Shown here one piece after another: positions 8,466 through 16,062 of a DNA stretch of 20,000 nucleotides. Source of the stretch: an uncultured virus (IMG/VR IMGVR_UViG_3300030107_005396) (lineage: Duplodnaviria > Heunggongvirae > Uroviricota > Caudoviricetes). The DNA lies in the IMG/VR virus record IMGVR_UViG_3300030107_005396; one strand, given 5' to 3'. The translations under genes and the position numbers were made by a program. The notes beneath the pieces were generated by a model. The model was not told where the DNA came from. It did no database searches and saw only the letters and a program-made list of their open reading frames with translations. Positions within the stretch are counted from its first letter, which is position 1. Every line of letters begins with the position of its first letter.

Positions 8466-10880
8466 ATGAATTTTTTTACCGAAGCATACGTTAAATCTGG
8501 AGGAACTTTGTTTGAAGGAAAGCCTGCAGTGGCTAAGCCTGCAGACCAGTATGTAGATATACTTAAACCTTATGCTCCTGGTGACCTACCTCCCGGAGTT
8601 CTTAAACCAGAAGCAGCGACTAATGCAACAGATGCTGCAGCTAATGCTAGGAAAAATCGAGATAACGCATACTCTTATAATGTAAAAATTAAAAACCCCC
8701 AAACTGAACAAGAGGAACAACGACCTATGGTTCGTTACGCGGGAACTAATCCACAGTACTCTCAAGGAGAATCCTTTACCGCCGCTGAGTGGGCTGCGAT
8801 TACCCAGCTGTACGGACAACAAAAAGACCAGTTAGCCGCTGAAACTCCAGATGGTGGGGATGAGAATAAAAAGAAACAACAACAGCAAGTAGAACCTTTA
8901 TTAGATGAGCCAGCCATAGGACAGGAACAGTATTTAGCTCAAGCAGCCGAAGCAGCTTCTGAAGCCCAATTAAAGTTATTGGAAGAAGCTGGAGTTGCTA
9001 TTACTCCCGATGTAAAAAAATGGTCGAAATCCTTTTGTCGTCAAGTTAGAGGTTTGGGAGAGAGGACTTTAATTTGGAAAGCCGCTCAAGAGGCTTTAGA
9101 ACAGAATCCAACTCTGCAAGAAGTAGAAGATTCTGCTCGTGATGCGACCGAGGCTGTCACCACTATATTTAAGTTAGCTCACAAGACACAACAACCAGGG
9201 TTTAACATGCAGGACTTCCCTGAAAACGATAGAGATTTTTTACAGAAGTGTGTCCGGCTACGAGGGACCGGTCAATCCAGAGGGGTTTATATAAAAGGAG
9301 GAAGTGAATGTGGTGGAGATTTAGCTGCTATAGGAGGAGACCAGTTAACCAGTGGAGGAGAAATATACGGACTTAAATTAGGAACTCAAAACTCCCCCTT
9401 GTACGTCGCCGTCCAAGGTCTCAGCGGGATACAAGCGGATAACGACAAACCTTTAGTCCCGTTAGGAAGATTAGGGTCGGCAGCCGCCAACCAATTTAAC
9501 GCTATAAATGGGGAGATGAATGAATGGTATCCTGCTTTAGCTCATGCCTTGTTTATAGATAAAAATACTCGCGACTTTAAAAAGCTGTATAAGGCTATGG
9601 TTGAACAGATGGGCACTAAACACAATTTAAAATTGTTTTTAGAGGTGGCTAAAGCTAAATCTGCAGGAGATTTAGACCAATTAGAAATTGCTAGTATGGC
9701 GGAGGAAGGTTCTATAGAACTTATAGATGATATTACCGAGGAGTTCGGGGAAACTCCGGATGAGAAAAAAGCGTTGCAATGGCTTATAACCCGTAATCTG
9801 ATGAATTGGAAAAACGTTGTCGAGAATCTTCCTTCGTGTATGAAATATGAAAAAGTAGGAGATAAAGGCGCAGGAATCCTGGCTGGCGGAAGAATAGTTA
9901 ACGCCGATATACAAGGAGATTGTGGAGGGTACGATGTTCAAAAGCTTTACTCAGACCTCGCTCAAAACCGTAGATTAGATGTTAAAGGAGAGCGGGACGA
10001 AGAGATAGATGCTGATTTACGCGCTAGTGTTAAAGATGACAGGCATGGTAGGTCGATTGATTTAGGGAAAAGGAGTCTATGGAAGACGCGTGATTTAAAT
10101 AATGCTGATGTTACAGAAGCTAGAAACCGTCAAATGGATTATATTGATGCGGTAGATAAAGGAGAAGTACTTCCACCGGAGTGGCGAGAGAAAGCTGATG
10201 CTTACCGTGAAAAAGAAACAAAGGCTATTGATGGGTGGTTAGCTGCCGTAAGCAATTTAGAACGAGGAGCGTTGAAAGATATCGCCAACAGTAAAACTCG
10301 TTTAATGCCTTATGATAAATTTTTAACATCTAAAAAATTGTACGATAAGTTAGAGGCGTACAACAGCGCGACGGATGACAAAGAACGCAAACAACTTTAT
10401 GCTGAGTTAGTTCCGGAGCTTACTAACGCCTACCGAGCCAAGCACAAGGGTGATGAGGGGATGCGTTACAACATGGCGGTAGAAGCAGCTATCAGTGGGA
10501 TGTCCACTGAACGTCAAGCATTTATTTTAACTGGTAGTAAGGGTACTTATATGAGTATGGAAAGTGATGTAGCCGGTAAAGCTATAGCCGGTATTTTAGG
10601 GATTGGCGGAGAACCCCCTATGAAGATGAAGTTCACTCAAAACCAAACTCAGTTTTTAGATGAAAATGGAAAAATAATATCCTCTGTAAGCTTACGTCGA
10701 AAAGGAACGACGCCTTCACAATTTTTTATCGTGGATAAGGAGTTTGCTAAGAATAATATGAAGCGGGTAGAAAGCAACGAAGAGCCTGTAGGTAATTCTT
10801 CTCTAACCGCCGAAGACATCGTCGGGCAACTTCAAGAACTTTTCCAACGGATAAATGAAATAGGTCTCATCAAGAACTAG
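8466..10880 (+). CDS. Large hypothetical protein (804 aa), possibly virion-internal, with a possible PD-(D/E)xK-like nuclease core
   Basis: Long uninterrupted ORF with no family recognised. It has a low-complexity Q/E/A-rich N-terminal part and a weak E...AD...SVK motif arrangement. Confidence 0.75.
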   Translation: MNFFTEAYVKSGGTLFEGKPAVAKPADQYVDILKPYAPGDLPPGVLKPEAATNATDAAANARKNRDNAYSYNVKIKNPQTEQEEQRPMVRYAGTNPQYSQGESFTAAEWAAITQLYGQQKDQLAAETPDGGDENKKKQQQQVEPLLDEPAIGQEQYLAQAAEAASEAQLKLLEEAGVAITPDVKKWSKSFCRQVRGLGERTLIWKAAQEALEQNPTLQEVEDSARDATEAVTTIFKLAHKTQQPGFNMQDFPENDRDFLQKCVRLRGTGQSRGVYIKGGSECGGDLAAIGGDQLTSGGEIYGLKLGTQNSPLYVAVQGLSGIQADNDKPLVPLGRLGSAAANQFNAINGEMNEWYPALAHALFIDKNTRDFKKLYKAMVEQMGTKHNLKLFLEVAKAKSAGDLDQLEIASMAEEGSIELIDDITEEFGETPDEKKALQWLITRNLMNWKNVVENLPSCMKYEKVGDKGAGILAGGRIVNADIQGDCGGYDVQKLYSDLAQNRRLDVKGERDEEIDADLRASVKDDRHGRSIDLGKRSLWKTRDLNNADVTEARNRQMDYIDAVDKGEVLPPEWREKADAYREKETKAIDGWLAAVSNLERGALKDIANSKTRLMPYDKFLTSKKLYDKLEAYNSATDDKERKQLYAELVPELTNAYRAKHKGDEGMRYNMAVEAAISGMSTERQAFILTGSKGTYMSMESDVAGKAIAGILGIGGEPPMKMKFTQNQTQFLDENGKIISSVSLRRKGTTPSQFFIVDKEFAKNNMKRVESNEEPVGNSSLTAEDIVGQLQELFQRINEIGLIKN

Positions 10881-11312
10881 TTCAGGCTTTACGTTGTAAG
10901 CCTCAGGAACGATTACTAGAGCCATTCGTCTTGTTTTCTGATAGATTACCATCCAACTCTTCTTCGCGGCCTTAGCATCACTCTGTGCTTGTTTGATGAA
11001 AGAGAAGAAATCACTTTTCCTTTTGAACAAGTCGTCAAGCTGAACGTCATACCCGTTCTTACATTCAATAATGAAAGGAAACCCTGAAGGGGTTATTAAA
11101 TCGCCCTGAATCTTCATGTGGTCAGGCAGCCCTTTGTGAGTAGTAGCGAACGCTCCTGACCCCGGGGTCCGACTAAATTCTTTGGTATTCAACCTTTCAT
11201 TCAACATTTTAGCAATCTTTCTTTCGAAGTTGCTTCCTTTGCGTTTACTATTAACGCGCTTCTTTTTGGAGAATTCTCCAAAACCTAAAAGAGATTCGTA
11301 ATTTTCTGACAT
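10803..11312 (-). CDS. Holliday junction resolvase (Hjc-like PD-(D/E)xK nuclease)
   Basis: NSKRKGSNFERKIAK, RTPGSGA, GDL and IIECKN motifs. Confidence 0.85.
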   Translation of the reverse strand: MSENYESLLGFGEFSKKKRVNSKRKGSNFERKIAKMLNERLNTKEFSRTPGSGAFATTHKGLPDHMKIQGDLITPSGFPFIIECKNGYDVQLDDLFKRKSDFFSFIKQAQSDAKAAKKSWMVIYQKTRRMALVIVPEAYNVKPELVLDETYFIYPLEKFLKLPDDVFGG

Positions 11313-11330
11313 GGTGTACTATAATAATGC

Positions 11331-11705
11331 ATGACTTCCGAAAAGGAAAAAATCACATTTGCCTTAGACGGCGAAAATTTTGGTAACTTTAAACTCCGCG
11401 AAGGAGAAAGACGTATGAAATTATATATCAAATTAAACAAAGAAGAAACCCAGCAATGGGAAACCCTCAAACAAGCGATGACCGGAGGAAAACTCTCCAA
11501 TGATGTTTTCGCAAGAATTCTTTTCTTTAAAGGCATCCATGCCATTACCCAAGAACTCAATGAACGCATAGAAAATCTAAGCAATGATGAGAGGGAAGAG
11601 ATACTTCGTTCTATGAACGAAGAGGATGCAGAAAAAGCGATGGAACTGGCTGAAGAAGAATTTGGAGTTGATATCGATGAGGACACTGAAGAAACTGTCA
11701 AGTGA
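11331..11705 (+). CDS. Hypothetical protein (possible ribbon-helix-helix-like DNA-binding core, acidic tail)
   Basis: 124-aa ORF. MKLYIKLNKEETQQWETLK..LSNDVFARILF suggests a strand-helix-helix pattern. TATAAT lies 5 nt upstream of the ATG. Confidence 0.6.
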   Translation: MTSEKEKITFALDGENFGNFKLREGERRMKLYIKLNKEETQQWETLKQAMTGGKLSNDVFARILFFKGIHAITQELNERIENLSNDEREEILRSMNEEDAEKAMELAEEEFGVDIDEDTEETVK

Positions 11706-12003
11706 GAAAGAATTAAACGAGGTTTTAAAACATCGTAAAAAGAAAAACTTCTCTGTGCTCTATTATTCCAAATGGGATAAATGGTCACAAAGAATATTAA
11801 ATCTAACAGATGAATGGACCTCGCAAGAAGGCAACGAAACAGTTTACTTGGTAAACAGTTGGGATTTGCCTGCTGCTTTTGCATCTTTCTCCATAACGAA
11901 TGCGCCTTCATTGGTTCATTTAATAAATGGTCGAGTAAGGGTGGATGTAGAGTATCCGAAAATTTATAATTATTTTTCAGTTACTCCTCCAGAAAAGACT
12001 TAA
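11677..12003 (+). CDS. Thioredoxin-fold protein lacking the CxxC motif
   Basis: Trx layout: SVLYYSKW-DKWS (for FxAxW-CGPC), VYLVN, FSITNAPSL (cis-Pro loop) and INGR. It contains no cysteines. Start taken at ATG 11677 after GGAG. Confidence 0.65.
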   Translation: MRTLKKLSSEKELNEVLKHRKKKNFSVLYYSKWDKWSQRILNLTDEWTSQEGNETVYLVNSWDLPAAFASFSITNAPSLVHLINGRVRVDVEYPKIYNYFSVTPPEKT

Positions 12004-12343
12004 TTTTCTTGTCCCTGTACTCAGCCATCTTTTCTTGATATTTCTTATTTTTGGTGTAAATAAGCTTCAGGTTGTTTACTATAACAGTAGTGAAGTAATT
12101 AAATGCCGAACCCTTTTCTCGGGTAAAGTTTTTAAGAACTTTTAAACATAGGACATAGCACTCTTGCTTTGCATCATCAAAATCCACTTTAAATTTAAAA
12201 GAAGTTAAAATGCTTGAAATTAATAAATCCAATTGAGATATGAGTTCTTCCTCATATTTTTCTCTATCTTCTAGGTAGTTGAAAATAGCTTCCTCAAATT
12301 TGGCATTATCAATGTAGTGTTTCTTTTTTCTTTTTCTCGCCAT
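11981..12343 (-). CDS. Late-transcription sigma factor (T4 gp55-like), short form
   Basis: HYIDNAKFEEAI and NFTREKGSAFNYFTTVIVN..KNKKY parallel gp55 HYVNNKEF and NPFAYFT motifs. Confidence 0.75.
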   Translation of the reverse strand: MARKRKKKHYIDNAKFEEAIFNYLEDREKYEEELISQLDLLISSILTSFKFKVDFDDAKQECYVLCLKVLKNFTREKGSAFNYFTTVIVNNLKLIYTKNKKYQEKMAEYRDKKIKSFLEE

Positions 12344-12355
12344 AACTCATAATAG

Positions 12356-13330
12356 ATGAACGACTTAGAAAAAATATTAGAATCTTTTGATAAAGATGAA
12401 AAAACAAAAGACTATTCTGCAACTGATGTTGGAGATGAAAAAATTGTTTTTATTACAACTTGTCAATATCGTGAACAAGGCTCTCTATATGATTTCAATG
12501 ACCATGAATATGGTATTGTAACCGCTTTATTAAAAGAGACGAGCTTACCCAAAGGTCATTATCAGTTTATCCCCGCCATCCGACAACCTAACGTTAAGGA
12601 AGATGATTTAACCACGACTGATTATAACGAGCACCGACCTTTTCTATATGAAGATTTAGAGCAGGTACAACCTGACCTCATTATCCCTTTAGGGAATGTA
12701 GCCATGAAAACGCTACTAAAAAAATCTGGACTCTTCAATAAGAGAGGAAGAGAGTTTGTTTATGAAGACTGTCCGGTTGTTCCGACATACAGCTCAGACC
12801 TCGTGTTCCTTGAACCTAAGTTACGTAAGTTGTTCGTTCAGGATATAAACAACGCATATGATAAGTTTGTATTAAATAAGAATAAATTTGATGGTACAAG
12901 TTATGTGTTATGCAAAACTGTTGAGGAGGTTAAAGAGCAGATGGCGCTAGCCCTTCAATCTGAGGTGCTTGGAGTCGATATAGAAACGACAGGTCTTGAT
13001 TTTAAGAAGGATGTTATGTCCACTATCGCGTTTTCGTATGGAGAGACCCAAGCCTTTACAATCCCTATTTATCATCGAGAGAGCCCGTTTGATGATATAG
13101 ATATGAAGGTTATTAAATCCGAGCTCGCTTCGTTAATGGAGAACGAAGATATTGAGAAAGTTTTTCATAATTGCCAATTTGATTTAAAATTTTTGATGAC
13201 ATTTGGAATTACCAACTTTAATAACATTGGAGATACAAAAATTATGCATTCACTGCTCGATGAAAATCTTCCACACGGTCTTATGGACTTGGTGAAAGAG
13301 TACTTCCCACAAGAATTGGAGAAATTTTAA
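12356..13330 (+). CDS. polA: DNA polymerase A, N-terminal subunit: degenerate UDG-like domain plus 3'-5' exonuclease motifs I and II
   Basis: UDG family 4-like fold (QPDLIIPLGNVAMKTLL, RG, PVVPTY), then ExoI GVDIETTG, ExoII HNCQFD and DTKIMHSLLDEN..HGL. It stops before ExoIII. Confidence 0.85.
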   Translation: MNDLEKILESFDKDEKTKDYSATDVGDEKIVFITTCQYREQGSLYDFNDHEYGIVTALLKETSLPKGHYQFIPAIRQPNVKEDDLTTTDYNEHRPFLYEDLEQVQPDLIIPLGNVAMKTLLKKSGLFNKRGREFVYEDCPVVPTYSSDLVFLEPKLRKLFVQDINNAYDKFVLNKNKFDGTSYVLCKTVEEVKEQMALALQSEVLGVDIETTGLDFKKDVMSTIAFSYGETQAFTIPIYHRESPFDDIDMKVIKSELASLMENEDIEKVFHNCQFDLKFLMTFGITNFNNIGDTKIMHSLLDENLPHGLMDLVKEYFPQELEKF

Positions 13331-14295
13331 TGATTACTGTAGAATATATTTGGTTAGACGGGGCGGAAGACATGCCCCAAATTCGTTCTAAGACTCGCGT
13401 CTTTAAAGAAAAACACGGTTTACATCAATTGCCTGAATGGTCTTTTGATGGAGGCAGTACATGGCAAGGAACTTTGCGCGATTCGGACAGGATTCTCAAG
13501 CCAGTAAAACTTTATAAAAACCCTTTTTCTGAAGGTAATTATCTTGCACTGTGCGAGGTAATGAATACAAATGGGAAACCCCACCAATCAAACCACCGTC
13601 ATCAATTAGTTAAAGATAACGACCCTGATGTATGGTTTGGGTTTGAACAGGAATACACTTTAACGGACCCAATGCAAAAACCACTAGTTCCTGCCGAGAT
13701 AGAGCAGGGAGAGTTTTATTGTGGGAACGGCACCGGTAGAGTAATGGGAAGGGGTGTTAGTCTCGACCATCTGAAGCACTGCGACAAAGCAGGTATCAGA
13801 CTATTTGGAGCAAATGCGGAAGTAATGCTTTCTCAATGGGAGTATCAAACTAACCCTGTTAACGCTGTAGATGCGGCTGATGATTTATGGGTTACTCGTT
13901 ACCTGTTGGAGAGGGGAGCGGAGTTTTATAACCTTCGAATCTCTTATCACCCAAAAATTTATACCGAGTTAAATGGTGCTGGCTGTCATGTAAATATTTC
14001 GACTCCAAGCACTCGCGAAGACTATAATAATATTAAACCTATTATGGCTAAGTTTAGAGAGTTTCACGATTTGCATATGGAAGTATACGGAATCGGCAAT
14101 GTTCTTCGGTTGACAGGAGAACACGAAACATCTTCTTATGACGAGTTTACTTGGAATGTTGGTGACCGAGGTGCTAGTGTCCGCATCCCTTCTTCTGTTA
14201 AAAAGGAAGGTAAAGGCTACTTTGAAGACCGCCGACCCGCCGCTACCTGTGACCCTTATCGTGTAACCGCTAGAATATTAGAGACGTTACGGTAA
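13330..14295 (+). CDS. glnII: Glutamine synthetase type II
   Basis: EYIWLDG, RSKT, PEWSFDG, WFGFEQEY, NAEVM..QWEYQ, NGAGCH.N.ST, RLTG.HET, RGASVRIP and GYFEDRRPA.CDPY. At 321 aa it is GSII-sized. Confidence 0.95.
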   Translation: MITVEYIWLDGAEDMPQIRSKTRVFKEKHGLHQLPEWSFDGGSTWQGTLRDSDRILKPVKLYKNPFSEGNYLALCEVMNTNGKPHQSNHRHQLVKDNDPDVWFGFEQEYTLTDPMQKPLVPAEIEQGEFYCGNGTGRVMGRGVSLDHLKHCDKAGIRLFGANAEVMLSQWEYQTNPVNAVDAADDLWVTRYLLERGAEFYNLRISYHPKIYTELNGAGCHVNISTPSTREDYNNIKPIMAKFREFHDLHMEVYGIGNVLRLTGEHETSSYDEFTWNVGDRGASVRIPSSVKKEGKGYFEDRRPAATCDPYRVTARILETLR

Positions 14296-14546
14296 TGGAT
14301 ACCGAACTCCAAAAAACCTATGATTCTCTCCAAGATATTATTGAGTGGGACCCTAGCGTAGTTGCGCGAGGATTTAAGATTCGTCCCTTGGCACGTTATT
14401 TCGGTGTTGAAGAAGAGAGAATGAAGACTATGATAAAGGACCTAAGGAATCATCTTGATGAATATGTCGATGATAATGATTTTTGTAATTACATCCAATG
14501 GTGCCAACCTAGAAAACCATATAATCACTTGGGATACGAACAATAA
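14295..14546 (+). CDS. Small hypothetical protein, possible helix-turn-helix
   Basis: TAATG-coupled to the glutamine synthetase gene. IRPLARYFGVEEERMKTMIKDL resembles an HTH. Confidence 0.6.
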   Translation: MDTELQKTYDSLQDIIEWDPSVVARGFKIRPLARYFGVEEERMKTMIKDLRNHLDEYVDDNDFCNYIQWCQPRKPYNHLGYEQ

Positions 14547-14547
14547 A

Positions 14548-16062
14548 ATGCTAACAGTAACGGACGGAGGAACACATGATTGGGAGAATATGCCGCTGGA
14601 TGAAATGGCGTTGGGCAATGCTATGGACGCTGATTTCACTTTACGCGCACACCAACAAATGGAAAAAGAGATGAAGATAAAAGGTGTACAGCATGTGTAC
14701 ACCAAACTTCTCAAAAAAATATTGGTCGTAGCTTCCGACATTGAACACAGGGGTATTTTGGTAGACACCAATTGTGTGTCCAAGTTTGATGAACTTCTTG
14801 ACCAAGAGATTGCAGATATGGAGAAGAAGTTATCAGAGCTTTCAGTTATAGATGGGGTAAATCCAAGGTCTAATGCAGACATGGGATTACTTCTCTTTTC
14901 TAAAGAAGGTTTCGGGTTGAGGGCAGTTGAGTTTTCTAAAAAAACAAAAGCTCCTTCTATTTCTGAGGCTCATTTACAAAAAGTAGCGGTCACTGCCACA
15001 GGAGCAGCTAAAGAGTATATTGAGTTGTTATTGAAGTACAAGTTCCGAGTAAAGCAACACAAGACTTACGTAAAGGGCGTAGAAGCCGCTGTAGAGTACA
15101 ATGAAGATGGTAGAGTCTACTCTAGCTATAACTTCGGAAACGTTGTTACAGGGCGTCTGAGCTGCTCTACGTATGCAGCAGGTCCTAAAAAGAAAAAAGG
15201 TATTTCGTTTCACACCTTACCACGTCCTGATGAGAATGATGAGGTAAATTTGAGAAGCATGATGACAGCTGATGAAGAGAAGGTGTTCTTAGCTGCGGAC
15301 TTCTCTCAAGCTGAGTTAAGGGTATTAGCTCAATGCTGTAGGGATAAAAATTTAATTGAAGCGTTCAACTCTGGACAAGATTTGCACAGCTTCACTGCCT
15401 CCTTAGTGTTCGGTAAAGAACCTGAGAAGGTAACCAAACAAGAAAGGCAGATTGCAAAGAGTGTTAGCTTTTTGATTGTGTATGGAGGTGGTCCCAATAA
15501 ATTAGCAGAACAAATAGGTAAGGACGTAGGGTATTGTAAAAATATTTTTCGGGCTTACCAAGATGCGTTCCCAAAAGTTTTTAATTGGATTAACTTCGTA
15601 CATAAGTTTGTGAGAGAAAACGGATATGCTGTAAGTATTTTTGGTCGTCGTAGACATTTACCTAATGTGAAGAGCCCGAACAAGAAGTATCAGTATCGTG
15701 CGTTACGTCAGGGCATGAACTTTGTTATTCAAAGCTCTGCTTCCGACCTCATGCTACATTCTATCTTACGTCTGCAAAAGTATATCGAAGCTACGGGCTT
15801 GGATGCGCAGATTCTTGCCACTGTCCACGACTCTGTAGAAGTTCAGTGTTCTAAAAAAGACATGAAAAAAGTAATCGAAATGATGAAGTATGTTTTAGAG
15901 AGCACTGAGGATTTTAAAACATTGTATGGATTGGATTTTGTTGTTCCGTTTTTAGTAGACGTTGAAGCCGGTCGTTCTTTTGGGGACTTGATTGAGGCTG
16001 AGTTTGAATCGGGAGGACATCTGCTTAATGAAGCAGAAATATTTGATTATGTTAAAAAATAG
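14548..16062 (+). CDS. polA: DNA polymerase A, C-terminal subunit: ExoIII plus polymerase domain
   Basis: GNAMDADFTL (ExoIII), TGRLS, motif A AADFSQAELRVLA, motif B RQIAKSVSFLIVYG, NFVIQSSASD and motif C VHDS. Start placed at ATG 14548, 1 nt after the upstream stop. Confidence 0.93.
   Translation: MLTVTDGGTHDWENMPLDEMALGNAMDADFTLRAHQQMEKEMKIKGVQHVYTKLLKKILVVASDIEHRGILVDTNCVSKFDELLDQEIADMEKKLSELSVIDGVNPRSNADMGLLLFSKEGFGLRAVEFSKKTKAPSISEAHLQKVAVTATGAAKEYIELLLKYKFRVKQHKTYVKGVEAAVEYNEDGRVYSSYNFGNVVTGRLSCSTYAAGPKKKKGISFHTLPRPDENDEVNLRSMMTADEEKVFLAADFSQAELRVLAQCCRDKNLIEAFNSGQDLHSFTASLVFGKEPEKVTKQERQIAKSVSFLIVYGGGPNKLAEQIGKDVGYCKNIFRAYQDAFPKVFNWINFVHKFVRENGYAVSIFGRRRHLPNVKSPNKKYQYRALRQGMNFVIQSSASDLMLHSILRLQKYIEATGLDAQILATVHDSVEVQCSKKDMKKVIEMMKYVLESTEDFKTLYGLDFVVPFLVDVEAGRSFGDLIEAEFESGGHLLNEAEIFDYVKK

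Noticed and set aside
11285..11911. 208-aa minus-strand ORF
   Set aside because: It is a Ser-rich antisense shadow of two plausible plus-strand genes with no recognisable motifs.
13318..13335. Programmed frameshift fusing the polymerase N-half to glutamine synthetase
   Set aside because: There is no in-frame X XXY YYZ slippery heptamer. The TAATG overlap is ordinary translational coupling also seen at 4094, 14293 and 18960.
14455..14547. N-terminal extension of the polymerase C-half given in the ORF track
   Set aside because: It overlaps the 83-aa ORF and is not polymerase-like. ATG 14548 right after the upstream stop is more plausible.
13320..14560. Self-splicing intron or split intein explaining the polymerase interruption
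   Set aside because: The insert is wall-to-wall coding with no non-coding core or homing endonuclease. Neither half has intein terminal motifs (C/S start, HN-C/S/T end).
14760..14900. T7-type thioredoxin-binding domain in the polymerase thumb
   Set aside because: Spacing matches E. coli Pol I with no long insertion between helices H and H1.
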